Below are positions 54,631 to 64,000 of a DNA stretch of 64,000 bases, piece after piece. Within the stretch, counting starts at the first letter, position 1. Each line of letters opens with the position of its first letter. Under the pieces are notes generated by a model that searched no databases, was not told the origin of the DNA, and saw only the letters and a list, made by a program, of their open reading frames with translations. A program made the position numbers and the translations under genes. This DNA comes from an uncultured Acidobacteriota bacterium. Lineage in GTDB: Bacteria; Acidobacteriota; Vicinamibacteria; Vicinamibacterales; JAKQTR01. The stretch is from positions 70,391-134,390 of the forward strand of contig CAWEYM010000002.1 in NCBI GenBank assembly GCA_963813325.1. Direction: 5' to 3'.

Positions 54631-57510
54631 ATGAATCCCGAGACAGGCTCGTTCGCGGCCCGCCACATCGGACCGCGCCCGGACGAACGCGATCAGATGC
54701 TGGCCACCATCGGTGTCCCCAGCCTCGACGCCCTGATGGACGAAGCGATCCCGGCCGGCATCCGGCTCGATCGCCCGCTGGCGTGGCCAGACGGCGAGAG
54801 CGAGCACCAGTTCCTCCGGCGGCTGCGCGCCGTCGCGCGCCGCAACCTCGTCTACCGCTCCTACATCGGCCTCGGCTACGCCGACTGCGTGACGCCCAGC
54901 GTCATCCTGCGGACGATCTTCGAGAACCCCAGCTGGTACACGCCCTACACGCCCTACCAGGCCGAAATCGCGCAGGGCCGGCTCGAGGCGCTGCTGAACT
55001 TCCAGACGGTCGTGCGCGACCTGACGGGCATGGACATCGCCAACGCGTCGCTGCTCGACGAGCCCACCGCCGCGGCCGAGGCGATGACCATGTTGCACCG
55101 GGTCCAGGGCCGCCAGGGGACCGAGGCGCGGAACGCGTTCCTGGTGTCGGACGGCTGCTACCCGCACACGCTGGACGTGCTGCGCGGCCGGGCGGAACCG
55201 CTCGGGATCGAGCTGCGCATCGGGCCGCCCGAGTCGCTGGTGTTCGATGACACCGTGTTCGGCATCCTGATCCAGAACCCGGATGCCGGCGGCGCCGTGG
55301 CCGACCTGCGTGGGATCATCGAACGCGCGCACACCGCGGGCGCGTTCGTCGCGGTCGCGACCGACCTGCTCAGCCTGACGCTGCTCACGCCGCCCGGAGA
55401 GGTCGGCGCCGACGTCGTCCTCGGCAGCGCCCAGCGGTTCGGCGTCCCGATGGGCTACGGCGGGCCGCACGCGGCGTTCTTCGCGACGCGGGAGTCGTTC
55501 GTGCGCCAGGCCCCCGGCCGCATCATCGGCGTGTCGGTCGACGCGCAGGGCAACCGCGCCTACCGCATGGCCCTGCAGACCCGTGAGCAGCACATCCGGC
55601 GCGAGAAGGCGACGTCGAACATCTGCACGGCCCAGGCGCTGCTCGCCACGATGGCCGGCATGTACGCCGTGTACCACGGGCCCGAGGGGCTGCAGGGGAT
55701 CGCGCGGCGCGTGCACGGAATGGCCGTCGCACTCGCCCGTGCGCTCGAGTCCCTGGGCTGCACGCAGCTCAATGCGACCTACTTCGACACGATCCGCCTC
55801 CGGCTGCCGGGGACCGTGGGACAGGACGCCGTGCGCCGCGAGGCGCTTGCCGCCAGCATCAACTTCCGGTACCCGGAGGGCGGCGGCGAGATTGGCATTG
55901 CCCTGGACGAGGCGGCCGAGCCGTCGGACGTCCAGGCCATCGTGGACGTGTTCGCCCGGGCGCTCGGGCGCGGCTCCCACGCGGTGCGCTTTGACCAGGA
56001 TCAGGATGGGAACCCGGCGTGGCCCGCGGCGCTGTCGCGGACGACCGCGTTCCTGACCCACCCGGTCTTCCACGCGCACCGGTCCGAGCTCGGCATGACC
56101 CGCTACATCAAGAGCCTGGAACGGAAGGACGTGGGCCTCGACACGTCCATGATCCCGCTCGGCTCGTGCACGATGAAGCTCAACGCGGCGACCGAGATGC
56201 TGCCGGTCACGTGGCCCGAGTTCGGCAAGCTGCACCCGTTCGCGCCGGCGGAGCAGGCCCAGGGCTATGCCGAGGTGTTCCGCGGCCTCGAGGCTGCGCT
56301 CCGCGAGATCACGGGCTTCGCCGCCGTGAGCCTGCAGCCCAACTCGGGCGCCCAGGGCGAGTTCACCGGCCTCCTTGTCATCCGGGCCTACCACCGCGAT
56401 CGCGGCGATCACGGCCGCCACGTCGTCCTGATCCCGTCCTCCGCGCACGGCACCAACCCGGCAAGCGCGGTCATGGCGGGCATGCAGGTCGTCGTGGTCG
56501 CGTGCGACAGCCGCGGCAACGTCGATGTCGCGGACCTGAAGGCCAAGGCGGCGCAGCACCACGACACGCTGGCTGCCCTCATGATCACGTATCCCTCCAC
56601 GCACGGGGTGTTCGAGGACGCCGTCGTCGAGATCTGCCGTATCGTCCACGAGCACGGGGGGCAGGTCTACATGGACGGCGCGAACCTCAACGCGCAGGTC
56701 GGTCTCACGAGCCCGGCGCGGATCGGCGCCGACGTGTGCCACATGAACCTGCACAAGACGTTCGCGATTCCCCACGGCGGCGGCGGGCCCGGCATGGGCC
56801 CGATCGCGGTCGCCTCGCACCTGGCGCCCTACCTGCCGGGCCACGCGCTCGTGCCGGTCGGCGGCGCGAAGGCCATCCCGGCCGTGGCGGGCGCACCCTG
56901 GGGCAGCGCGAGCATCCTGCTGATCTCCTATGCCTACATCAGCATGCTCGGCGGGCGCGGCATGACCGAGGCGACCAAGTACGCGATCCTCAACGCCAAC
57001 TACATCAAGTCGCGTCTCGAAGGGCACTACCCCGTGCTCTACACCAACGCGAACCGGCGGGTCGCCCACGAGATGATCTTCGACCTGCGCGCGTTCAAGC
57101 GCGCCGGCATCGAGGAACTCGACGTCGCCAAGCGCCTGATGGACTATGGCTTCCACGCGCCGACCGTGTCCTTCCCGGTGCCCGGCACGCTGATGGTCGA
57201 GCCCACGGAGAGCGAGCCCAAGGATGAGCTGGATCGGTTCTGTGATGCGCTGATCGCGATCCGGGCCGAGGTCCAGGAGGTCATCGACGGCCAGGCCGAC
57301 CCGAAGGACAACGTCCTCAAGAACGCGCCGCACACGGTGGCCGTGGCGGCCGCCGATGCGTGGCCCCATCCCTACAGCCGGTCCAGGGCGGTCTTCCCGC
57401 TGCCGTTCGTGAAGGCGAACAAGTTCTGGCCCGCGGTGGGGCGCATCGACAATCCGTACGGCGACCGCCACCTGATGTGCGCGTGCCCGCCGGTGGAAGA
57501 CTACCAGTAG
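54631..57510 (+). CDS. gcvP: Glycine dehydrogenase (decarboxylating), single-chain P protein
   Basis: A 959-aa protein with the PLP-lysine context CHMNLHKTFAIPHGGGGPG and the motif YTPYQAEIAQGRLEALLNFQ. Confidence 0.95.
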   Translation: MNPETGSFAARHIGPRPDERDQMLATIGVPSLDALMDEAIPAGIRLDRPLAWPDGESEHQFLRRLRAVARRNLVYRSYIGLGYADCVTPSVILRTIFENPSWYTPYTPYQAEIAQGRLEALLNFQTVVRDLTGMDIANASLLDEPTAAAEAMTMLHRVQGRQGTEARNAFLVSDGCYPHTLDVLRGRAEPLGIELRIGPPESLVFDDTVFGILIQNPDAGGAVADLRGIIERAHTAGAFVAVATDLLSLTLLTPPGEVGADVVLGSAQRFGVPMGYGGPHAAFFATRESFVRQAPGRIIGVSVDAQGNRAYRMALQTREQHIRREKATSNICTAQALLATMAGMYAVYHGPEGLQGIARRVHGMAVALARALESLGCTQLNATYFDTIRLRLPGTVGQDAVRREALAASINFRYPEGGGEIGIALDEAAEPSDVQAIVDVFARALGRGSHAVRFDQDQDGNPAWPAALSRTTAFLTHPVFHAHRSELGMTRYIKSLERKDVGLDTSMIPLGSCTMKLNAATEMLPVTWPEFGKLHPFAPAEQAQGYAEVFRGLEAALREITGFAAVSLQPNSGAQGEFTGLLVIRAYHRDRGDHGRHVVLIPSSAHGTNPASAVMAGMQVVVVACDSRGNVDVADLKAKAAQHHDTLAALMITYPSTHGVFEDAVVEICRIVHEHGGQVYMDGANLNAQVGLTSPARIGADVCHMNLHKTFAIPHGGGGPGMGPIAVASHLAPYLPGHALVPVGGAKAIPAVAGAPWGSASILLISYAYISMLGGRGMTEATKYAILNANYIKSRLEGHYPVLYTNANRRVAHEMIFDLRAFKRAGIEELDVAKRLMDYGFHAPTVSFPVPGTLMVEPTESEPKDELDRFCDALIAIRAEVQEVIDGQADPKDNVLKNAPHTVAVAAADAWPHPYSRSRAVFPLPFVKANKFWPAVGRIDNPYGDRHLMCACPPVEDYQ

Positions 57511-57523
57511 CGCGGCCGCGCTA
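57508..57523. terminator. Perfect 16-bp palindrome TAGCGCGGCCGCGCTA containing both convergent stop codons
   Basis: The TAG of gcvP (57508-57510) and the reverse-complement TAG of the racemase-like gene (57521-57523) form the outer arms. It is a possible bidirectional hairpin. Confidence 0.3.
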
Positions 57524-58639
57524 GGAACGTGCGGCCTGTCCCTGGATGCGAGGGCAGGCCGCCCGCACCACGAGTCGGCCGACCTCGCGCGGGGGGCCGA
57601 CGATGGTCGGCAGGCCCGTCACGCGCTGGACGTCCCCCGCGAGCGCCTCGAAGCCAGGCCCGACGAGCAGGAACGTGGCCCCGGCCCTCTTGAGGCGCTG
57701 CGCCCCGTCGATGGCGTCGGGCAGCTGCGCGGCGAACATCCTCAAGTGATCCTGGTCGCGCGCTGCCCCGAGTTGCTCGACGGTGGCCGAGAAGATCGCT
57801 CGCAGGAGGTCGATGAACGCTGGCGCGGCGCGAAGCTTCTCGACGAGATCGATGGTCGCTTCGGGTCCGAGTCCGCCCGCAATGCCGATCGGCCCGTCGC
57901 CCGGCAGCAGCCCGGACGCCAACGCCGCGGTGGCATCGATGAGCGGCACCTGCTGGCCGTTCGCGACCATGTGCGCGCCCTTCAGCACGAGCGGAATCTC
58001 GGTGCACCCGAGGATGAGCGCCCCCGCGCCGCGATCGACCAGACGGCCGGCGGCTTCCTCCAGGAGTTGGAACGGGAGTCCGTCGGTGTGGCCGGCCTTG
58101 ATGCCGCCCGGGCCATAAATGGCCTCCATCACGAGGCCGTCCTGCTCACCGCGCGTCGACACGAGGTCCTCGACCAGCCGGGCCCGCTCGCTCGCCGGCG
58201 ATCCCGGGCGAGAGGGCGACGGCCCGATCGCGTCCGGCGGGACGAGAGCCCTCAGGCCCGCGCGGTGAACGGCCCTCTGGTAAAGGCCGCTCGAAATCGT
58301 GCCGGTCGTCGCGAGCACGCCCACCGTCCCGACCCCCAGCCGTGCGGCCTGGCCGGCTGCGAGATCGATCATGTCGATGAGGGGAACCGGCGGCGCCCAG
58401 CCGGAGTCGGCCATCGCCGCATGCAGGAAGTAGTGGGCGGTGTTGCAGGGCACGCCGAAGCGTGAGGCCCCCATCTCCGCCAGCACCTGAGCGGACGCCT
58501 GCAGGTGGGGCAGCGGTGATGGCCCTGTTCCCCGGATGGCGGCGGTTCGATCGGGTGTCTCCGGATCGAACACCACGAGGATTTGTGCGTCGCCCTGCCC
58601 AAGGACGCCAGGGATCTCGACCTGGTCTCGCATGTCCAT
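57521..58639 (-). CDS. Asp/Glu racemase-superfamily protein with atypical 1.5-copy architecture
   Basis: Both catalytic Cys motifs are present (GVPCNTAHYF and LILGCTEIPLV). The N-terminus starts at the RDQ..PDRTAAI segment and lacks the usual IGIxGGMGPxAT strand. A C-terminal extension of about 125 aa begins PIGIAGGLGPEATIDLVEKL..ARDQDH. Confidence 0.75.
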   Translation of the reverse strand: MDMRDQVEIPGVLGQGDAQILVVFDPETPDRTAAIRGTGPSPLPHLQASAQVLAEMGASRFGVPCNTAHYFLHAAMADSGWAPPVPLIDMIDLAAGQAARLGVGTVGVLATTGTISSGLYQRAVHRAGLRALVPPDAIGPSPSRPGSPASERARLVEDLVSTRGEQDGLVMEAIYGPGGIKAGHTDGLPFQLLEEAAGRLVDRGAGALILGCTEIPLVLKGAHMVANGQQVPLIDATAALASGLLPGDGPIGIAGGLGPEATIDLVEKLRAAPAFIDLLRAIFSATVEQLGAARDQDHLRMFAAQLPDAIDGAQRLKRAGATFLLVGPGFEALAGDVQRVTGLPTIVGPPREVGRLVVRAACPRIQGQAARS

Positions 58640-58725
58640 GTCCCCGTCGGCCGCTGTCCCGGCCCGCCCGCGATCGCCCCGCCCACAGGCGGCTGGCTGC
58701 TCGCCGTCCCGGCCGTCAGCCGCGA

Positions 58726-59637
58726 TCAGCCGGCAGCAGATGGCCGGAAGGTCAATCCCGCCCGGGCACGCCGCCGGAACTCGGCCAGCACCCGGAGGGT
58801 GACCGGTCCGGGCGCGCCGCTGCCGATCGCCCGGTCGTCGACCCGGACGACGGGTACGATCTCGCGCGTGGTCACGCTGAGGAACGCCTCGTCGGCCCCG
58901 AACAGGTCCTCGTCCCGCAGGGTCGTCTCACGAGCGGGAATCCCGAGGGCCGGCGCAAGCTCGAGGATGAGTTCCCGCGTGATGCCTGCCAGGATGCCCG
59001 CCGCGAGCGGGGGCGTCAGCAGTTCGCCCGCCTTGACGATGAAGATATTCGACTGCGCACCCTCGGCCAGTTCGCCGCGATGGTTGCGCATGAGGGCCTC
59101 GTAGGCCCCTCGCTGCATGGCTTCCTGCGTCGCCAGGGCACTGTTCAACAGATTGTTGGACTTGATGGACGGATTGACCGAGTCCGGGTGATTCCGCACG
59201 ATTGAGACCACGGCAATCCCCACCCCCTTCTCGTAGATCGCTGGAGGGGTCGGCGTCAGGGGCTTCACGATGACGACCATCGTCGACGCCGGGCTCGACG
59301 CCGGGTCGTAGGTGCCGTCCCCCACGCCGCGCGTGAGCAGGATCCGGACGTACAGGTCGGAAACCTTCAGGCCGGCGCCGGGGCCCGCATGGAAGGCGGC
59401 GATCGTTTCACGGATTGTCCGGGACATCTCGGCGTCCGCCATCGGCACCGCAATCCGGATCATGCCGGCGGACGTCCGCAGGCGCCGCAGGTGCCGGTCG
59501 AGCGAAAACGGCTCGTCGTTGTAGGTCCGAACGACCTCGTACACGCCCTCCCCGAACAGGAACCCGTGATCGAAAATCGACACGACGGCGTCCCGTTCGC
59601 CGCAGATCCGCCCGTTGACGTTTGCGATCGCTACCAT
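58726..59637 (-). CDS. Class IV (branched-chain / D-amino-acid) aminotransferase
   Basis: Contains FDHGFLFGEGVYEVVRTY, LDRHLRRL and the fold-type IV C-terminal EAFLSVTTREIVPVVRVD. Confidence 0.85.
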   Translation of the reverse strand: MVAIANVNGRICGERDAVVSIFDHGFLFGEGVYEVVRTYNDEPFSLDRHLRRLRTSAGMIRIAVPMADAEMSRTIRETIAAFHAGPGAGLKVSDLYVRILLTRGVGDGTYDPASSPASTMVVIVKPLTPTPPAIYEKGVGIAVVSIVRNHPDSVNPSIKSNNLLNSALATQEAMQRGAYEALMRNHRGELAEGAQSNIFIVKAGELLTPPLAAGILAGITRELILELAPALGIPARETTLRDEDLFGADEAFLSVTTREIVPVVRVDDRAIGSGAPGPVTLRVLAEFRRRARAGLTFRPSAAG

Positions 59638-59785
59638 CGTGGCCCCCCGGCGCCCGGCGCCCTGTGCGTCCCTGTGACGCCGGCCGGGCGAAACGATGCA
59701 GGGTACCCCTTATGATAGAGTGCGCGCAAGACGGCCGCCCGGGTCGACCCGTCGCCGGCCGCGCAGCCGCATGGAGGAACCTGTC

Positions 59786-61369
59786 ATGCGCGTCCTGAAC
59801 GCCACGCAGATGCGGGAAGCCGACCGGCGCACGATCGAGGAGATCGGCATCCCGTCGCTCGTGCTGATGGAGAACGCGGGCCGGCAGGTCGTGGCCGCGA
59901 TGGAGGCCAACCTCGAGGACCTCGGCGGCTCGAGTGTCGCGGTCCTGTGCGGCCGCGGCAACAACGGGGGCGACGGCTTCGTCGTGGCGCGGACCCTGTG
60001 GCAGCACGGCATCGACGTCGTGGCGTTCGTCATCGGCGCCGCGGCCGAGGTGAGCGGCGACGCGCGGGTCAACCTCGACGTGGTCGCGCGCCTCGGGGTG
60101 CCCGTCATCGAGGTGCCCGACGGCCCGGCCTGGGAGCTGCAGAGCACCGACGTCCTGAGCCGCGACGTCATCGTCGACGCGCTCTTCGGCACCGGCCTCA
60201 AGACGCCGCTCGGCGGGCTGTACGAGACCGTCGTGGCGGACGTGAACGCGTCGGCGGTGCCGGTGGTCGCCGTGGACCTGCCCAGCGGGCTGTCGGCCGA
60301 CGATCCCGAGCCGATCGGCACGACGATCGAAGCCGACCTCACCGTGACGCTGGGCGCGCCGAAGATCGCGCTGACCGTCCCGCCGGGCGAGACGTTTGCC
60401 GGCCACCTGGTTGTGGCCGAAATCGGCATCCCCCGGACGGTGATCGACGGCATCGACGGTCCGCAGATCGAGGTCCTGACGCGCGAAGCGCTGCGCGCCC
60501 TGGTGCCGCCGCGCGCGCAGGACGCGCACAAGGGCGACTTCGGGCACGTGCTGATCGTCGCCGGATCCCGCGGGAAGACCGGCGCCGCGCACCTGACGGC
60601 CACGGCCGTCCTGCGATCGGGCGCGGGCCTGGCCACGGTGGCGACGCCCGCCTCGTGCCTGCCGATCGTCGCGGCGCTCGGGGCGGAGTACATGACGGAG
60701 CCGCTGCCCGAGACGGTGGACGGGGCGGTCGCCTCCGCGGCGCTCGACGCCGTCCTCGGCCGGGGTCACGATGTCATCGCCGCGGGCCCGGGGCTGGGCG
60801 CCGGTCCCGAGCAGCGCGCCTTCGTGGCCGGCCTGGTCGACCAGGCGACGGTCCCGCTCGTACTCGACGCCGACGCGCTCAACGCCTTCGCGGGCGACGC
60901 GCCGCGGCTCGTGGGGCGCGAAGGGCAGGCGATCATCATCACGCCCCACCCGGGTGAGATGGCCCGCCTGGTCGGCACCAGTGTGGCCGACGTGCAGCGG
61001 CACCGTATCGATGTCGCGCGCGGCTTCGCGACGACGCACCAGCTCTACGTCGTCCTGAAGGGCCATCGGACGATCATCGCCACGCCGGAAGGCCGCGTGT
61101 TCATCAATCGCACGGGCAACCCGGGAATGGCGACCGGCGGCAGCGGAGACGTGCTGACCGGCATGATCGCCGCCTGGCTCGCCCAGTTGATGGACGCCGA
61201 GGCCGCCTGCAAGCTCGCCGTCTACCTGCACGGGGCCGCAGGCGACCTGGCCGAAGCCGACGAGGGAGAAGTGGCGATGACGGCCGGCGACATCCTGGCG
61301 CACCTGGGAGACGCCGTGCTGGAGCTCACCGCCCGGAAACGCACGACGGCGCAGGATCCCGATGCGTAG
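59786..61369 (+). CDS. nnr: Bifunctional NAD(P)H-hydrate repair enzyme (epimerase + ADP-dependent dehydratase)
   Basis: Has the YjeF_N motif CGRGNNGGDGFVVAR and a C-terminal carbohydrate-kinase-like GNPGMATGGSGDVLTG. The RBS GGAGGA lies 8 nt upstream of the ATG. Confidence 0.85.
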   Translation: MRVLNATQMREADRRTIEEIGIPSLVLMENAGRQVVAAMEANLEDLGGSSVAVLCGRGNNGGDGFVVARTLWQHGIDVVAFVIGAAAEVSGDARVNLDVVARLGVPVIEVPDGPAWELQSTDVLSRDVIVDALFGTGLKTPLGGLYETVVADVNASAVPVVAVDLPSGLSADDPEPIGTTIEADLTVTLGAPKIALTVPPGETFAGHLVVAEIGIPRTVIDGIDGPQIEVLTREALRALVPPRAQDAHKGDFGHVLIVAGSRGKTGAAHLTATAVLRSGAGLATVATPASCLPIVAALGAEYMTEPLPETVDGAVASAALDAVLGRGHDVIAAGPGLGAGPEQRAFVAGLVDQATVPLVLDADALNAFAGDAPRLVGREGQAIIITPHPGEMARLVGTSVADVQRHRIDVARGFATTHQLYVVLKGHRTIIATPEGRVFINRTGNPGMATGGSGDVLTGMIAAWLAQLMDAEAACKLAVYLHGAAGDLAEADEGEVAMTAGDILAHLGDAVLELTARKRTTAQDPDA

Positions 61370-61811
61370 ACAGGTCGTGTCGCGGTCCGAGGCCGAGACC
61401 GAGGCGTTCGGCCGCGCGCTCGGCGAGGCGCTGCACACGGGCTCGATCGTGCTGCTCATCGGCGACCTTGGGGCGGGCAAGACCGCGCTCGTGCGGGGGA
61501 TGGCCGCGGGGCTCGGCGTGGACGCAAGGGAGGTCAGCAGCCCGACGTTCACGCTGATCCAGCAGTATCACGGCCGCGTGACCCTGTACCACGTCGATCT
61601 CTATCGTCTCGCGGGCGGGGCGGACGTGGACGACCTGGGGCTGGAGGAGCTGGCGGAGTCGGGGGCCGTGGCCATCGAGTGGGCCGAGAAGATGCCCCGT
61701 CCGGTTCCCGCCGCGATCGTGGTCCACCTCGAGGACAGGGGCGGCGACGAGCGCCTGATCACGGTCGTACGGCCGGATCCCGACCAGCGGGCCTTCACGG
61801 CTCCCGACTGA
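61362..61811 (+). CDS. tsaE: tRNA t6A biosynthesis ATPase TsaE
   Basis: Has Walker A GDLGAGKT, and SPTFTLIQQY and HVDLYRL motifs. It overlaps nnr by 8 nt. Confidence 0.85.
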   Translation: MRRQVVSRSEAETEAFGRALGEALHTGSIVLLIGDLGAGKTALVRGMAAGLGVDAREVSSPTFTLIQQYHGRVTLYHVDLYRLAGGADVDDLGLEELAESGAVAIEWAEKMPRPVPAAIVVHLEDRGGDERLITVVRPDPDQRAFTAPD

Positions 61812-61927
61812 ACGCCGACGGCTCGGCTCGAGGGGCTCGCCGCCCTGCAGCCCGCGGCCGGACGCCCCCTCCGCGTGATTCCCGCTGGCCGAACCCCGAA
61901 TCCATCCGGGTCCCCGATCCCCTGGCC

Positions 61928-63541
<1,614 letters not shown>

Positions 63542-63564
63542 TCAGCCGCGGCGGAGCCTGCGTC

Positions 63565-64000
63565 TCATGCGTCCGCTCCGTGGCACTTCTTGTACTTCTT
63601 CCCGCTGCCGCACGGGCACGGGTCGTTGCGCCCGACCTTCGGCATGTCGCGCCGCACGGTCTTCACGGGCGCGTCGTCGCCGCCGCTGCGAGCCGGGCGG
63701 GGCGCGCCGTCGGCGGCGGCCGCGCCGCCGCCGAAGAAGCTGCCGCCCTGGTTCGGCGCGTTCAGGGTGAGCGGCGCGCTGCGGCGCGGGGCCGGCCGGC
63801 GCACCGCCGGGGCGTCGTCCGAGGCCACGGGCTTGAGCCAGAACAGGTACCGCACCGTCTCCTCGTCGATGCGCGCCTTCATGTCCTGGAACAGCGCGAA
63901 GCTCTCCTTCTTGTACTCGACGAGCGGGTCGCGCTGGCCGTACCCGCGCAGCCCGATGCCTTCCTTGAGATGATCCAGGCTGTAGAGGTGGTCCTTCCAC
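63565..64000 (-). CDS. secA: Preprotein translocase SecA, C-terminal part (5' end outside the window)
   Basis: The frame is open to the window edge and reads [32 protein letters not shown]. The C-terminal zinc motif is [19 protein letters not shown]. Confidence 0.9.
   Translation of the reverse strand, partial: WKDHLYSLDHLKEGIGLRGYGQRDPLVEYKKESFALFQDMKARIDEETVRYLFWLKPVASDDAPAVRRPAPRRSAPLTLNAPNQGGSFFGGGAAAADGAPRPARSGGDDAPVKTVRRDMPKVGRNDPCPCGSGKKYKKCHGADA

Noticed and set aside
54625-57471. 948-aa ORF on the minus strand
   Set aside because: It is exactly antisense to gcvP, which has unambiguous P-protein motifs including the PLP-lysine site. It is a shadow ORF.
58640-58725. Frameshift explanation for the missing N-terminus of the racemase-like gene
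   Set aside because: I translated all three minus-strand frames upstream of the ATG. One frame gives VGGAIAGGPGQRPTG, which only superficially resembles IGIxGGMGPxAT and is not followed by racemase-like sequence. The other frames are stopped or nonsense.

Overview
This is a high-GC bacterial chromosomal segment. I did not compute GC content, and I cannot assign taxonomy from the sequence alone. Diderm hallmarks are present: a Ccm system I heme exporter, a beta-barrel outer-membrane protein (OMP), lipobox lipoproteins and HtrA. I can support about 60 protein genes and one RNase P RNA. I recognised no rRNA, tRNA, CRISPR array or mobile element. Many long ORFs in the six-frame track are GC-driven shadow ORFs antisense to real genes.

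Layout:
- 1-7.5 kb: ccmA-ccmB-ccmC plus a CcmD-like gene, a phosphoesterase, aroK-aroA, an RsbW-like kinase, an inositol monophosphatase and an OMP.
- 7.5-29.4 kb: a large envelope-glycoconjugate super-locus in three parts. The first is a GT-C / YqaA(DedA) / GtrB-like trio. The second is a minus-strand operon: radical SAM-SPASM, flippase-like protein, split polytopic membrane protein, YvcK/CofD-like::GT fusion, nucleotidyltransferase, GT2. The third is a plus-strand 8-gene operon of GT4s, a methyltransferase, an epimerase, an acetyltransferase and a split GT-C.
- 29.4-48 kb: housekeeping genes ttcA-dtd, glpD, dapF, a DASS transporter, cobB-radC, larC, tatD, ispB, ligA, htrA, an NtrC-type regulator, rnpB and an epimerase.
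- 48-52.8 kb: comEA, a FimT/GspH-like pilin, a PilZ protein, a second sigma-54-type activator with a degenerate GAFTGA loop, and two hypotheticals.
- 52.9-64 kb: gcvT-gcvH-gcvP, an atypical Asp/Glu racemase-like gene with a class IV aminotransferase, nnr-tsaE, guaB and the 3' end of secA.

Most notable observations:
- The minus-strand radical SAM / YvcK-CofD-like / nucleotidyltransferase glycan operon is a candidate uncharacterised pathway.
- Two AT-rich in-phase heptamer arrays built from the same units (ATAGGTT/ATAGGGA) sit in opposite orientation at 1.26 kb and 30.7 kb. Each supplies the stop codon of a flanking gene.
- Both large GT-C-like membrane genes are split by single-nucleotide frame changes.
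- A 105-bp tandem repeat lies between two convergent GT2 genes.
- Several sigma-54-type promoter matches occur, including one upstream of the comEA-pilin-pilZ module.
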